Shown piece after piece: positions 1 through 8,542 of a DNA stretch of 64,000 nt. The DNA is from an uncultured Gemmatimonadota bacterium (GTDB lineage Bacteria; JAAXHH01), in NCBI GenBank assembly GCA_951812955.1, contig OX638340.1:1056001-1120000 (forward strand), read 5' to 3'. Every line of letters starts with the position of its first letter. The stretch's first letter is position 1. The translations under genes and the position numbers were made by a program. The notes under the pieces are model-generated. The model was not told the origin of the DNA. It did not search any database and saw nothing but the letters and a program-made list of their open reading frames with translations.

Positions 1-252
1 TTCCTCCAGGCTTTCATCGGGCTTTAGTGGCGCGAAGTGGAGGGATTCGCTCCAACCCCACACCATTAACCCGCTGCAAAGATCATAGTACTCTTTCACT
101 GTTTCTGTGTGGTCGTACTCATACGCGCCATCGGCCCCCGGGACCGCCCGGGCTGCCCGGGCGGTCCAGCCTTCAAGGCGCTGCGCGCGACTCTTGACGT
201 CCGATCCCCGGCTCGCATCTTTCAGTTCTCTGGATAGTTTGCCCATCGCCAT
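1..252 (-). CDS. Class I SAM-dependent methyltransferase (sterol C-methyltransferase / cyclopropane-fatty-acid-synthase-like), N-terminal part only; the gene runs off the window
   Basis: Reverse translation from ATG at 250-252 gives MAMGKLSRELKDASRG...EYYDLCSGLMVWGWSESLHFAPLKPDESLEE. The YYDL..GWG/S.HF motif is typical of the SMT/CFA-synthase SAM-MTase family. It lies directly downstream of the P450 gene, in the same orientation. Confidence 0.5.
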   Translation of the reverse strand, partial: MAMGKLSRELKDASRGSDVKSRAQRLEGWTARAARAVPGADGAYEYDHTETVKEYYDLCSGLMVWGWSESLHFAPLKPDESLEE

Positions 253-288
253 TTCGTGGTATTCCCCTGGTTTTTCGTCTACAAGGCT

Positions 289-2316
289 TCAGACTTGCAG
301 TTCGTGTCTTTGCTCGGAGATGACGAACTGCAGCTTCTTGGTCGGTTTCATAGACGGAAACGGATTGAACCGCAGCTTATAGTTTGCAGGCGACACATCG
401 ATCTTGAAGTAGTGCGCCAGCATCAGCACGTTGACAGCCAATTGCAGTTCCATCCAACGGGTGCCGAGACACATGTGCGTGCCCAGCCCGTACGGAGCGT
501 ACCCGGGGCTGCGATGCTCATTGCGCGACGGCAAGTAGCGGTCGATGTCGAAGGAGTGCGGGTCGGGGAAGATGTCACTCATGTAATGCGAGGCGGTCGG
601 CGCGATGTGGATCCGTTCCCTCATGGGCAGTTCGTATCCCTCAAACACACACGTATTCATCACGTGTCGAACAGACATGGGAACGATCGGGTACATGCGC
701 ATACACTCCATGAGGAAGCGGTGCGTGACGTCAATCGCGGATGGAGTGAAGGCCTCGATGTCCGGAACGCCGTTCCCGAATACGTCATCGGCTTCATTTC
801 GGATTTTCTCGTAGAGTGCAGGCTGCGACGCCATGGCATAGACTACCAGACTGAACGTGTCACCAAGGTACACGCTGGCGATCAACGCCGCAGAAAAGGC
901 AAACCGCAGGTTGGCCTCCGGGAGGAATTGCGGGTCGCTCGCGTGCAGGCTAAGGTAATCGTCCACCAGGTCCCGCGGTTTTCCGGCCCGTTGGGCGGGG
1001 GTGTGGCCCTCCTCGACTCTTTTCATCAGTGTATCAAGGGATTTCGCCCGGCGTTTCATGCCCGGGGTGTTCAGCGTGAACTCGGGCAGCATCCTGGCGA
1101 TATGCACGCTGAGCGCCCGTTCCTTGTACTGCATCAGATCGTCCATCAGGTCCTGCGTGTCGATGCCGATAAACAGGGGCGAGAGTTGGGCGTTTATCAT
1201 CTGCCGGCACATGGACGTAGCAGAATAGGAATCGCCGACATTCAAGCTTGCCATGTATTTCCAGGCATGATGGTAGAGCTTGTCCAGCTGCCCCGCAAGT
1301 CTCCCGCGTGAATACGCTGGAGACAAAGACTTGCGCAGGCGGAAATGGTCGGCGCCGTCCAGGGAAGGCAAGAGGCCGGAAGCGCCGTAGACTTTCTCGA
1401 AGTCTCTGAAATAGTCCTTGGCACTCAGGTACATGCGCCCGTGCTTATGCACCCAGCGGTTTGCCTCGGGTCCGACCAGGAAGACCATGGGCCGGGTGAA
1501 AGGAGGGCGGATCTCAAACACCGGACCGTAGTCCTGCGCAAGGTCCGCAAAGAGCGCGTGGAGGTTGCCGTCTCGAACATGCGGTTGCATCATCAGCTTG
1601 CGTAACGGTACCCTCGGAATCTTCTTTGTAAAACCGGGACGTCGAAGCGTCGGGCCGGCGAGTTTGTGGGAGACTGCTTCGGCGATGGACCGGCCGATCA
1701 CGTCCATCTTGCAGATCAACTCGATGCGTTGCTCCGTCTCGTCATCGAGTTGGAACATGAATCGAAACACATCGCACGTATTGACGAGGCAAATTACGAT
1801 AACGTCTCTCGGGTCGGGGATCTCGTTCATGAAGATCGCCCGGCTGATCCGCGTTCTGATGAACTGACTTGCAGTACTCGAATCGACATCGTTGTTCAAT
1901 TCCATCTTCCAGTCAGTACGGGCCAGCGTCCAGAACTCGCCATCGTGGTGTTCCAGGATCTTCATTTCTACCAGGCGATCCAGAACCGAATCTATAATGG
2001 TCTCCGCTCGGGGGGCCAGCCGTTCGATCCAGTACTGTGTATTGTGCTGATTTGGCTCATTTACGATTTCTTCCAGAATGAAATCGATGGTGGAATTGCC
2101 CGTTGGTGTCTGGTCGAGGACGAACAGAGACCCCGGGTCCGTGTCGATGCGAGATCTGATTGAAAGCTCCGCAAGTGCGGCACCGATTACGGCGCAGTTC
2201 AAATCCCAGCCAGGCACCTGGTGGAAGTAGCCAGTCTCCTCATTGAGGAGCATCAGGATGAGTTCCTGGGTCAAAGTAAGTGATTGGGGCTTCACGTCCT
2301 TTGCAGTATCAGCCAT
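289..2316 (-). CDS. GPP34 (GOLPH3-like) domain fused to a cytochrome P450 monooxygenase
   Basis: N-terminal ~230 aa match the GPP34 family (LTLTQELILMLLNEETGYF...GAALAELSIRSRI). The C-terminal ~430 aa have the P450 ExxR motif (ECMRMYP) and heme-thiolate loop (YGLGTHMCLG). The likely start is the ATG at 2314-2316 (MADTAKD), which overlaps the TAA stop of the RND pump (TAATG). The tool's ORF extends further to 2406. Confidence 0.65.
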   Translation of the reverse strand: MADTAKDVKPQSLTLTQELILMLLNEETGYFHQVPGWDLNCAVIGAALAELSIRSRIDTDPGSLFVLDQTPTGNSTIDFILEEIVNEPNQHNTQYWIERLAPRAETIIDSVLDRLVEMKILEHHDGEFWTLARTDWKMELNNDVDSSTASQFIRTRISRAIFMNEIPDPRDVIVICLVNTCDVFRFMFQLDDETEQRIELICKMDVIGRSIAEAVSHKLAGPTLRRPGFTKKIPRVPLRKLMMQPHVRDGNLHALFADLAQDYGPVFEIRPPFTRPMVFLVGPEANRWVHKHGRMYLSAKDYFRDFEKVYGASGLLPSLDGADHFRLRKSLSPAYSRGRLAGQLDKLYHHAWKYMASLNVGDSYSATSMCRQMINAQLSPLFIGIDTQDLMDDLMQYKERALSVHIARMLPEFTLNTPGMKRRAKSLDTLMKRVEEGHTPAQRAGKPRDLVDDYLSLHASDPQFLPEANLRFAFSAALIASVYLGDTFSLVVYAMASQPALYEKIRNEADDVFGNGVPDIEAFTPSAIDVTHRFLMECMRMYPIVPMSVRHVMNTCVFEGYELPMRERIHIAPTASHYMSDIFPDPHSFDIDRYLPSRNEHRSPGYAPYGLGTHMCLGTRWMELQLAVNVLMLAHYFKIDVSPANYKLRFNPFPSMKPTKKLQFVISEQRHELQV

Positions 2317-5300
2317 TAGTGGCCTCCCTTCATCAGACGCAGATGAATGGTAGAAAGAGCGGGAACGACCATCATGAGTATGGCCGTGACGACGAGGATA
2401 CCGCAACCAAGCGATGCGGCAAAGGGAACCAGGAACTGAGCATGAATAGCGCGTTCCAGAATCAAGGGGGTGAAGCCGAGAAACGTAGTCAGAGAAGTAA
2501 GCATAATCGGACGAAAACGTCCCTTTGCGCCCTCTATGATCGCAGTTCGCGCCGGAGCGCCTTCCCTGAGTTTCTGATCGATGAAAACGATCATGACCAG
2601 TGAATCGTTCACAACCACGCCGCTCAGGCCGAATATACCCATGAAGGAGATTGCGCTCAGGGCTACTCCAAGGGCCCAGTGACCAAGGATCACTCCGATG
2701 AACCCGAACGGGATCACCGCCATGATGATGAACGGTTTGGTATAGGATCGTAAGGGGATGGCGAGCAGCACGAAGATCATGATCAGAGCGATCGCAAATC
2801 CGCGATACAGTGCATCCAGGGAATCGAGTTGTTGTTGTTGCTCACCTCCGAACGTGTAGGTCAGGTCCGGGTACACGGCGGTCAATTCCGCGAGGATTGA
2901 ATCCGCCAGGATGCTATTGGCCTGGTCACCGGAGATCACCGCGGCATCCACGTCCGCAGTGACCGTGACGACACGCTGACCATCCTTCCGCCGAATGGCC
3001 GGCGGCGACACGCCCGTGTTCAGCGCGGCCACACTGACGATCGGGACCTCGGCACCGGCCGGCGTACGGATCAGGTACCTTTCGATATCGGTGATGGAAC
3101 TTCGTTCATCGGCGGGCAGGCGCACGTAGACCCGAACCTCTTCACGGCCGCGCTGCACCCGGACGGCATCCGCACCGAAAAACGCGGCGCGCGTCTGTCC
3201 GGCCAACGCTTCCAGCGTGAGACCCAAAGTCCGCGCTTCCGGCCGGAGTTCAAGCTGTATTTCCGGGATACCCGGGGTGTGATCCGAACGGACATCGTAG
3301 ACGCCTGTCACTCCACGGAGACCATCGACCACCGAGTCCGCAATCCGGGCGAGTCGCACCGGATCCGGATGCGACAGCACGGCCTCGACCGGGTTGCCCA
3401 GGTCGAAGACCTCTCCGCTGAAGGTGACACCGCGCACGTAGGGCAGCACACCCACTTCCTCTCGCCATGCCTGCACAACCTCTCCGGTAGTGATCTGCCT
3501 TTGCTCCGCGCTCAGGAGTTTGAACTCGATGGTTGCAATGTTGGCCTGAGGATTAAGGGTGGGGGCTGGATTAAGCCCACCCTCGAGCCTCGAGCCCTGT
3601 CCGACGGTCACCATTACGCCGGTCAGCAGTGGTGGCGCATCCTCGGGGCGGCCGCGCGAAAGCCGATCGACGACCCGGTAACCTGCGGCCTCCAGTTCCT
3701 GTGCCACCTCGTATGTCCTTGGAGCGGTCGTCCCGTCGGGCATCTCCAGGATGACCGTCGCAAAATCCCCCTCCACGTCAGCAGCCAACGTGGTAGGTAC
3801 GATCCCCGCCGGTACCAGCGAGATACTAAGTACGAGTATTCCAACGGCCCCCCCCAGCGTGACCGCGGGCTGATCCGTCGCGAACCGTAACGCTCGGTCC
3901 AGGGGACCCTGCACGAACCGGTTCAGCGACTCGTTCACACGTCCCTGGATCCGCGCGAAGAACCGGTCGAAAGCACTTGTCGGCGTCCATTCCGGACCGT
4001 GCAAACGGGACAGGTGGTTGGGTAGTACCAGCAGTGATTCGATCAGGGAAACAAACAGTATGGCGATAAGGATGATCGGCAGTGCCCGCCATACGTCACC
4101 GACGCCTCCGGGTATGAACAGCAGCGGGACGAAAGCCACCACCGAAGTAAGGACCGCGAAGGTCAACGGCACTTTTATCCGTCGTACTCCGCGTATCGCA
4201 GCCACGACACCGGGCGTTCCCCGACTGCGTTCATATTGAATGTGCTCGGCTACGACGATGGCGTCATCGACGACAATCCCTATGGCGAGGACGAAAGAGA
4301 ACAGGCTGATGGTGTTAATAGCTACGTCGAGTACCATCATGACGGCCAATGTGCCTATACCCGAAACGGCGAGGCCGACGGCGACCCACAATGCAAGCCG
4401 GATTTCCAGAAACAGGCTGAGTGCGATCAACACCAGCAACAGACCCAGGATGCCATTCTTGACGAGAATATCGGCACGTTCCTCATAGGCTTGGGATTCG
4501 TCATTCCACATGGTGATGTGCACACCGTTCGGCAGAGCCGGGATCACCTCGTTTGCCATATGTTCCCGGACAGTCGTGGCGACGTCCATCACTTGTTCGC
4601 CGTTGGCTCGGTACACCTCGACGAATACAGCGGGATGGTTCTGATGCCGAACAATCAGGTCGGATTCCTGAAAACCATCGCGAACCCTGGCGATATCGCC
4701 AAGGCGCAAGGCAGTGCCGTCACTTCTGCTAAGCAGGATGATCTCTTCGAAATCCTGCTGGTCGTAGTTCTGGCCGAGGGTACGAACCCGCACCTGGGAT
4801 TCCCGGGTATCGATACTGCCGGCAGAAAGGTTCAGGGAACTGCGACGAATGGTATTGGCGACATCGGCGAGTGTCAGTCCAAGGGCTCTCAGCCGATGAA
4901 GCGGCACCTCGATGGAGATCTCGTATTTCCGAACACCACTGACCTCGACCTGGGACACGGACGGAAGCGCCGTGAGTCCATCCTCGATCTGATATGCCGT
5001 TTCCTTCAGCGAGCGTTCGGACACGTCGCCGTAGACGATGAACCGTATCATGCTCATACGGTTGTCCATCTCACGGAAACTGGGACGATCGGCACCGGCC
5101 GGGAAAGACTGGATGCGATTGACCGCGGACTCGATATCGTTGAGCGCCTGGACCATGTCCGTACCGAAATCCATTTGAATCCGCACGGATGCTATACCCG
5201 GGGCCGCTACAGACTTGACCGCCTTCACGTCATCCAACCCGCTGACCTGGTCCTCGATCTTGACGACGATCGACTCCTCGACCTCCTCCGGCGTGGCGCC

Positions 5301-5489
5301 GGGATAGGCCATCGACACTTCGATATGGTAGAAGGGAGTAGTGGGCCACGCTTCCCGATCGATGCCGGACAGCGAAATCAGCCCTGCGGCGACGATGGCC
5401 ATCATCAACAGATTGGCGGCCACGCTGTTGCCCGTCATGTAAGCGATCGGACCGGAAGGTTCGTTATGATTTCCGTTGTCCATACTCAT
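2316..5489 (-). CDS. RND efflux pump inner-membrane permease (AcrB/HAE1 family)
   Basis: 1057 aa with 12-TM AcrB-like architecture and large periplasmic loops. Overlaps the adaptor gene by 4 nt. Confidence 0.85.
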   Translation of the reverse strand: MSMDNGNHNEPSGPIAYMTGNSVAANLLMMAIVAAGLISLSGIDREAWPTTPFYHIEVSMAYPGATPEEVEESIVVKIEDQVSGLDDVKAVKSVAAPGIASVRIQMDFGTDMVQALNDIESAVNRIQSFPAGADRPSFREMDNRMSMIRFIVYGDVSERSLKETAYQIEDGLTALPSVSQVEVSGVRKYEISIEVPLHRLRALGLTLADVANTIRRSSLNLSAGSIDTRESQVRVRTLGQNYDQQDFEEIILLSRSDGTALRLGDIARVRDGFQESDLIVRHQNHPAVFVEVYRANGEQVMDVATTVREHMANEVIPALPNGVHITMWNDESQAYEERADILVKNGILGLLLVLIALSLFLEIRLALWVAVGLAVSGIGTLAVMMVLDVAINTISLFSFVLAIGIVVDDAIVVAEHIQYERSRGTPGVVAAIRGVRRIKVPLTFAVLTSVVAFVPLLFIPGGVGDVWRALPIILIAILFVSLIESLLVLPNHLSRLHGPEWTPTSAFDRFFARIQGRVNESLNRFVQGPLDRALRFATDQPAVTLGGAVGILVLSISLVPAGIVPTTLAADVEGDFATVILEMPDGTTAPRTYEVAQELEAAGYRVVDRLSRGRPEDAPPLLTGVMVTVGQGSRLEGGLNPAPTLNPQANIATIEFKLLSAEQRQITTGEVVQAWREEVGVLPYVRGVTFSGEVFDLGNPVEAVLSHPDPVRLARIADSVVDGLRGVTGVYDVRSDHTPGIPEIQLELRPEARTLGLTLEALAGQTRAAFFGADAVRVQRGREEVRVYVRLPADERSSITDIERYLIRTPAGAEVPIVSVAALNTGVSPPAIRRKDGQRVVTVTADVDAAVISGDQANSILADSILAELTAVYPDLTYTFGGEQQQQLDSLDALYRGFAIALIMIFVLLAIPLRSYTKPFIIMAVIPFGFIGVILGHWALGVALSAISFMGIFGLSGVVVNDSLVMIVFIDQKLREGAPARTAIIEGAKGRFRPIMLTSLTTFLGFTPLILERAIHAQFLVPFAASLGCGILVVTAILMMVVPALSTIHLRLMKGGH

Positions 5490-6703
5490 GGGGTCTGGCC
5501 GACTTCCGTCTGGACGCGCATGCCTTCGGTGGTGAACCGGATCCCGCCGGTGACAACGGCCTGACCGCTTTCGAGGTCACCCGTCACATAGGCTACGTCG
5601 CCGGTTCGTTGCAGTACCTGTACCGGAACGATATGCACCACGCCGCCGTCCCGCACGATCCAGACCTCGTTGCCGGACTGCAGCGCCGCTCGCGGAACCA
5701 GGAAGTAATCATCCCGTTCAAGGCCGTCTATTTTCACTTCGACGTATTTGCCTACCAGCAGGGGAGGACTACTGCCGCCGATAGGAATCGTGCCGTCCGT
5801 GGGGCGTCCCGCTCGAAACGGATCCGGTACGCGCACAATGATGTCGATGGTACGCGTTTGCCGGTCAAGGGACGTCTCGCCGCGGTCCACATAACCTCTC
5901 CAGGCATAGGATCCTTCACCGAATCGGGCGACGACCTGCGCAGCGACTCTCCGGTTCCCGTCACCCGCCGAAAGCGACCACAACCCCGGAATCAGCGCTG
6001 CATCGGAATCGGACAGAGGCACCACGATTTCCACCGCATCTGAGGCGAAAACCCTCGCGACGGATTGACCGGCGGCGACGATCCGCCCCACGTCCACGGT
6101 TTCTTCCTGCACGTATCCGTCGAATGGCGCCGTAACTTCGGTTCTCCCCAGGGCGAGATTGGCGTCGGCAAGCCTGGCTTCGTCGCGATCCAGTGCGGCC
6201 TGGGCCGCTTTCAGTTGCGGTTCTCTAAGGGCAAGCGGGTTCGCGCCGTTTGGCGATGATACGTCCTCCTGACGGGAGGAATAAAGCGCGTGCTGCGCGC
6301 GGGCAATCGAAGCCCGTTCCTGCTCTTTGAGGAACGCCACCCGGCTGGCGGCGACGTTGGCCTCCGCTTCACGCACCCGGTGCCGGTAATCGATGTCTTC
6401 CAGCCGGAATAGCGTTTGGCCTGCGGTTATCCGTCCACCGCTCTGGAATCCCTGTTCAACCCAGACGACTTTGCCGCCGACCTGAGGAACGATATCTACT
6501 TCCGCGTCTGGCCGGACGGTACCGGATCCAAATACCGGTACGGGGCCAGACCCGGTGGCGACCGGGCCGGTCTGCACGAACGGAGTCTGGGGAGGCTGTT
6601 CCGTACGTGTCGGTTCGGGGGCCAGTGAAATCAACAGGGCGGCCAATGCCACGGAGACTCCGAGAACGCCTACTGTGACTAGAAGACTGGTAAGACGGGA
6701 CAT
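5486..6703 (-). CDS. RND efflux periplasmic adaptor (membrane fusion protein, HlyD family)
   Basis: 405 aa with an N-terminal TM anchor (LLVTVGVLGVSVALAALLISLA) followed by coiled-coil/beta-barrel adaptor-like sequence. Sits between the OMF and RND genes. Confidence 0.8.
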   Translation of the reverse strand: MSRLTSLLVTVGVLGVSVALAALLISLAPEPTRTEQPPQTPFVQTGPVATGSGPVPVFGSGTVRPDAEVDIVPQVGGKVVWVEQGFQSGGRITAGQTLFRLEDIDYRHRVREAEANVAASRVAFLKEQERASIARAQHALYSSRQEDVSSPNGANPLALREPQLKAAQAALDRDEARLADANLALGRTEVTAPFDGYVQEETVDVGRIVAAGQSVARVFASDAVEIVVPLSDSDAALIPGLWSLSAGDGNRRVAAQVVARFGEGSYAWRGYVDRGETSLDRQTRTIDIIVRVPDPFRAGRPTDGTIPIGGSSPPLLVGKYVEVKIDGLERDDYFLVPRAALQSGNEVWIVRDGGVVHIVPVQVLQRTGDVAYVTGDLESGQAVVTGGIRFTTEGMRVQTEVGQTP

Positions 6704-6709
6704 GCGAAT

Positions 6710-8230
6710 TCACTCCGTTGGAAGGCGAGAGGAAGAGCGCCGACCTTGCTGATGCTGAAGGAGGCCCTCCCGGTCGGCTGCGGTCCAGGTACCGCCCAGC
6801 GCGCGATGGAGTGCCAGACGTGCGTAGCCCAGATCGCGCAATGCTGCCGAGTGTATCGATTGCGTGGCCAACCGGGACTGTTCAGCTGCCAGGAACGCTT
6901 CGTATTCCCCCACACCATACAGGTATTTTCGCTCCAGTAACGCGGATTGAGCCCGAGTTTCTTCGGTGAGGGAAACCAGCAGCGCGTGGCGCCTGCGGCT
7001 GGCTTCCAATGCCGTCAGGGCAATTTCAACCTCGTTAACCGCGGTTACCACGGCACGGCCGTATGCGGCCGCGGCCTCGTTCAACCTGGCCTCTGCCAGC
7101 GCGATGTTGCTTCGAATCCGGGAGCCCTGGAAAACGGGACCGAGCAGATTCGCAGTGAGGTTTCGGAACCATTGATCCGGATCGAACCATTCGCTTGAAT
7201 CCGTGCTCTGAAGTCCGATCGCGCCCTGCAGAGACAGCCTCGGAAGCAGGTCCGCCCGTCGCGCGCCCACCGAGAACCGTGCCGCCTCCACGCGCTGCAT
7301 GGCCGCAAGGACGTCGGGACGTTGGACCATGAGATCGGCAGGAATGCCGGCGGGAACGGGATCGAGTACGGGAGATGGAGCGGGCGCATCGGAGAGCAAG
7401 TGCGCCAGGTCGGCCCGGAAGCCACCCATGAGTATCCACAGCCGACCCTCGGCGTCCGCCCGCAGGGCTTCGATCCGCGGCAATTCCGCCTGGGCCTCAC
7501 GCAGACTTCGACGGGCGGCGTGCAGGCCGACCAGGTCGGCTAACCCGCTTTCATACCGGGACCCGGCCAGTGATTCCTGTTGTTCCAGGATCGCCACGAT
7601 TTCAAAGGCGAACCGCTGCTGCTGGCGCAGATTCACGATTTCCAGGTAGGTCCGTACGGTCTCCGCCAGCACGCCCAGGTTTGCACTCAGATAGTCCGCC
7701 TCCGTAGCCACCAACTCGGCAGCCGCGGCGCGCGTGTCGTTGCGGTTGCGGCCCCAGAAATCCAGCTCGTAGGCGAATTCAACGCTCAGGGCATAGGTCG
7801 TCAGTCCGAGCCTGTCCGGGATATCCACTCCGGCCGCGCCGAGTACGTCAGGATCCAGACCGACCTCTTCCAGTTGCGCTCCTATGCCGGCATTCGTCGG
7901 ACCGTCGGATTCGCTCACGTTCACCGTCGGCCGCAGCAACGGAAACACCGCCGACCCGGCTATGCCTTTCCGCATCCTGGCCTGATGAACTCTGGCGACC
8001 GCTCCGGCCAGGTCGAAATTAGAAGAAAGCACTTCTTCGATTACCCGGTCGAGGACCGGATCTTCGAATGACTTCCACCACTCCAGGGGTCGGTATACGC
8101 CGGAATCCTCGCTGGCAGTAAATGCGCCGGGTGTTTCCGGCACCGATTCGAGCACCGGTAGATTCCGGTTCGGAGCAAGGGAACATGCCGAGAGGAAAAG
8201 GAAAGCAAACAACGGTATTAATCGTCCCAT
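6710..8230 (-). CDS. Outer-membrane efflux factor lipoprotein (TolC/NodT family)
   Basis: 506 aa with signal peptide and lipobox (FLFLSAC). Tandem helical OMF repeats. First gene of the efflux operon. Confidence 0.8.
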   Translation of the reverse strand: MGRLIPLFAFLFLSACSLAPNRNLPVLESVPETPGAFTASEDSGVYRPLEWWKSFEDPVLDRVIEEVLSSNFDLAGAVARVHQARMRKGIAGSAVFPLLRPTVNVSESDGPTNAGIGAQLEEVGLDPDVLGAAGVDIPDRLGLTTYALSVEFAYELDFWGRNRNDTRAAAAELVATEADYLSANLGVLAETVRTYLEIVNLRQQQRFAFEIVAILEQQESLAGSRYESGLADLVGLHAARRSLREAQAELPRIEALRADAEGRLWILMGGFRADLAHLLSDAPAPSPVLDPVPAGIPADLMVQRPDVLAAMQRVEAARFSVGARRADLLPRLSLQGAIGLQSTDSSEWFDPDQWFRNLTANLLGPVFQGSRIRSNIALAEARLNEAAAAYGRAVVTAVNEVEIALTALEASRRRHALLVSLTEETRAQSALLERKYLYGVGEYEAFLAAEQSRLATQSIHSAALRDLGYARLALHRALGGTWTAADREGLLQHQQGRRSSSRLPTE

Positions 8231-8345
8231 GATACAACTCCAGGATCGGTGCCGTATTCACCTGCCCCGTCCCTTTGAATCCCATCATCCGGTGGAGAAC
8301 GGGTCTCGTGGAAATCAGGGAACGTATGTCAGATTCCTATATATT

Positions 8346-8374
8346 ACATTATGTTACATTCTTAAAAGGGTCAA
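8346..8374 (-). promoter_or_regulatory. Candidate sigma70-type promoter for the efflux operon (-35 TTGACC, 17-nt spacer, -10 TAATGT on the minus strand) overlapping an imperfect palindrome
   Basis: Reverse complement of 8346-8374 reads TTGACC-cttttaagaatgtaaca-TAATGT. The only AT-rich stretch in the divergent intergenic region. Confidence 0.3.
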
Positions 8375-8457
8375 GTTTCAAATGGCGTACACCAGGGGCT
8401 TGTATTACCGCCAGCGCCGTCGGAGAAACGGGTCTGAATGACAAGGACAGACGGGTA

Positions 8458-8486
8458 TTGACAAATGCATGCGCAACCGCTAACAT
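8458..8486 (+). promoter_or_regulatory. Candidate sigma70-type promoter for the ECF ATPase gene (TTGACA, 17 nt, TAACAT)
   Basis: TTGACAaatgcatgcgcaaccgcTAACAT. The tool's ATG at 8465 lies inside the spacer, so the real start must be downstream. Confidence 0.35.
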
Positions 8487-8542
8487 CCCCGCGGTCTCCA
8501 TCCACTGCCGGAGAGAGTAAAACCCTCCATGCATCAAGTCCA

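Noticed and set aside
256-1311. 351-aa plus-strand ORF antisense to the P450 gene
   Set aside because: It fully overlaps a confidently identified P450 on the other strand. R/H/V-rich composition is typical of a GC-rich antisense frame.
4236-5564. 442-aa plus-strand ORF opposite the RND pump
   Set aside because: Antisense artefact inside the AcrB-like gene. No motifs.
8465-8542. ATG start of the ECF ATPase as called by the ORF tool
   Set aside because: This ATG lies inside the spacer of the best promoter candidate. The downstream TTG gives a conventional ABC N-terminus.
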